Assembly: GCA_050331235.1 (NCBI GenBank)
Contig: JBHJHA010000086.1
Coordinates: forward strand, 1-19,969
DNA: 19,969 bases
Origin: Leptolyngbyaceae cyanobacterium
GTDB lineage: Bacteria > Cyanobacteriota > Cyanobacteriia > Phormidesmidales > Phormidesmidaceae
Direction of reading: 5' to 3'
Shown here: positions 18,407 to 19,969 of the stretch, piece by piece
How the letters are laid out: every line of letters begins with the position of its first letter
How positions within the stretch are numbered: position 1 is the first letter of the stretch
Notes under the pieces: generated by a model
The model's input: the letters and a program-made list of their open reading frames with translations, nothing else
Told to the model about the DNA's origin: nothing
Database searches by the model: none
Position numbers and translations under genes: made by a program

Positions 18407-18432
18407 AGGGATGCTGACAGCATCCCTTTTTT
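18407..18432 (+). terminator. Intrinsic terminator
   Basis: AGGGATGCT-gac-AGCATCCCT followed by TTTTT, 46 nt after the stop at 18360. Confidence 0.85.
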
Positions 18433-18822
18433 GTGGGCTTTCGGAGCGATTAAGATTTCCGTTCTCTACCAAGGCTACTGCAACAGAGCTATCGCATGGG
18501 GTAGCAAGGTCCAGGATTCACAATGCCCGAAAATCTTCTCCACTGGCGATCTGAGAATTGGCCGTGTCCATTTTTGACAGCGGCTCGTGCTATTGCGATA
18601 GATATATGCTCGGCAAATAGACAACTTTAGGCTTCTGACTGGTTACGGCGATGTCAGTGGACCTCTGAAAGCGATTGGATATCGTATCGGCTAGCCCAAG
18701 GGGGCCGCAGCAGATACGTTTATATGTCAGAGCTAGCTATTCATCATTAAAAACCCCTGCTGGCTTAGCAGCGATCGCCCGGCCATTAGATCAAAAGGCG
18801 TGAGGCCGAATATGTCGGTGCC

Positions 18823-19969
18823 TTAGGCTTTGATATCGGCGATCGCGCTCCGAGCCATCGATGCAATAGCTTGATCAGTGGCTTTAGGGAGCTGGTAGTA
18901 TTTACCTCCGGCCGTTTTAGCTAGTTCTTTACCAAATCCGGTGGAGACAAACTTCCGCTCGGTATCAATGACCAATAGCTGAAAGCCCGTTCCGCGAATC
19001 CGTCCGGCGATATCTAAAAGTTCCTGCTTGATATTTGGTTTTTCGTCTGCTTCGATAGTTTCCCCCAGTGATCGCGCCAGGGGGATATTGCCCCGCCCAT
19101 CGGTAATCGCCACAATTACCACATTCCCAATGTCCCCAGACTGCTGGGCATTAGACCCAATCCGCACTGCTTGGGTCAAGCCGTGGGCAAGGGGCGAGCC
19201 GCCACCGCAGGGCATCACTTCTAGCCGCCGCCGAGCCATGGAAATTGAGCGCGTGGGCGGCAACAAAACCTCTGCCTGCTCTCCCCGAAAGGGAATCAAC
19301 GCGACCTCATCCCGATTTTGATAAGCGTCGTTGAGCAACTGCATGACAGCTCCTTTGGCCGACTGCATGCGATTCAGCGCCATCGAACCCGATGCATCCA
19401 CAACGAAGATGATTAGCGAGCCCGCCTGACGAGCTAGCTTCTTGGCCCGAATGTCGCCCTGCTCGACAATGACCTTGCGGTGCGGTTCCCGAGCTCGCCG
19501 CGCCTTTTGATACGGAGCTGCCGCCCGCAGCGTCGCATCCACGGCAATTCGCCGTACTGGCCCCTGGGGCAGCATGGGCTTGATATAACGACCCCGATCT
19601 TCCGAAATGATGAGACTTTGGTTGCCCGATTTGCCTTGCTGGGTAAGCGATTGCGCAAACATCAGCAGTGCCGGATCAAGCACCACTCCTTCCGGATCAA
19701 AGACAAATTCCTCGGGCAGGCTAGGGGGCGGTTCCTCTGCTTGGTCGTCATCATTGTCGTTGTCATCCTCCGCCTCATCATCGTCTTGAGCATCATTTTG
19801 CTCCTTGTCGTTATCTTGATTTTGCGGGGGGGGAGGAGGTGGGGGTTGTTGTTCATCATCTGGTGGGGGCATTTGCACAGCTCGCGGCAAAATGACGAGC
19901 TCTACCGCCACACGCACGTCTTCAGCCGTCACCGTTGCCCGTCCATCTAGTGCCGCATGAGCTTTCGCC
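18823..19969 (-). CDS. chlD: Magnesium chelatase subunit D, 3' portion (start outside window)
   Basis: Frame open to the window edge ([19 protein letters not shown]); poly-Pro/acidic linker, [25 protein letters not shown] domain with DASGS MIDAS motif, ITDGRGN. Confidence 0.97.
   Translation of the reverse strand, partial: AKAHAALDGRATVTAEDVRVAVELVILPRAVQMPPPDDEQQPPPPPPPQNQDNDKEQNDAQDDDEAEDDNDNDDDQAEEPPPSLPEEFVFDPEGVVLDPALLMFAQSLTQQGKSGNQSLIISEDRGRYIKPMLPQGPVRRIAVDATLRAAAPYQKARRAREPHRKVIVEQGDIRAKKLARQAGSLIIFVVDASGSMALNRMQSAKGAVMQLLNDAYQNRDEVALIPFRGEQAEVLLPPTRSISMARRRLEVMPCGGGSPLAHGLTQAVRIGSNAQQSGDIGNVVIVAITDGRGNIPLARSLGETIEADEKPNIKQELLDIAGRIRGTGFQLLVIDTERKFVSTGFGKELAKTAGGKYYQLPKATDQAIASMARSAIADIKA

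Larger units (their letters stand above)
1341..18846. repeat. HIP1 (GCGATCGC) highly iterated palindrome, dispersed
   Basis: 28 copies counted by eye, starting at 1341, 2617, 3219, 4527, 7108, 7114, 8104, 8201, 8437, 9148, 9466, 10015, 11039, 11443, 11639, 11687, 12359, 13407, 14129, 15335, 15557, 15840, 16214, 16615, 17000, 18080, 18771, 18839. HIP1 is an established cyanobacterial hallmark. Confidence 0.95.

Noticed and set aside
19740..19872. Low-complexity TCA/TCG and G-rich repeats
   Set aside because: They encode the well-known poly-Pro/acidic linker of ChlD.
1..19969. CRISPR array, tRNA/rRNA, IS or prophage genes; remaining short overlapping ORFs in the track
   Set aside because: No regularly spaced repeats, cloverleafs or transposase/phage motifs seen; the short ORFs overlap well-supported genes in other frames.

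Overview
Cyanobacterial chromosomal segment: I counted 28 copies of the HIP1 octamer GCGATCGC by eye, and it carries chlD and pentapeptide-repeat proteins. Left to right: a 3'-truncated, very acidic RTX/bluetail-type secreted protein on the minus strand (missed by the ORF track), rnz, a Cys-motif hypothetical protein, cobU, an SpkB-like Ser/Thr kinase divergent from pheT, a pentapeptide-repeat protein, and an alkyltransferase-like (ATL) protein. Then come two accessory-looking regulator/target pairs: a cNMP-domain thioredoxin-reductase-like flavoprotein lacking CxxC, divergent from an AraC regulator, and a 99-aa unknown protein divergent from a LysR regulator with visible T-N11-A boxes. The window ends with a GT4 glycosyltransferase, a YkvA/DUF1232 gene plus a helical hypothetical gene, and the 3' part of chlD. 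I saw no rRNA, tRNA, CRISPR array, transposase or phage gene. The best candidates for under-described biology are the two regulator/target modules and the RTX protein with a 280-aa acidic insert. Novelty cannot be established without database searches.
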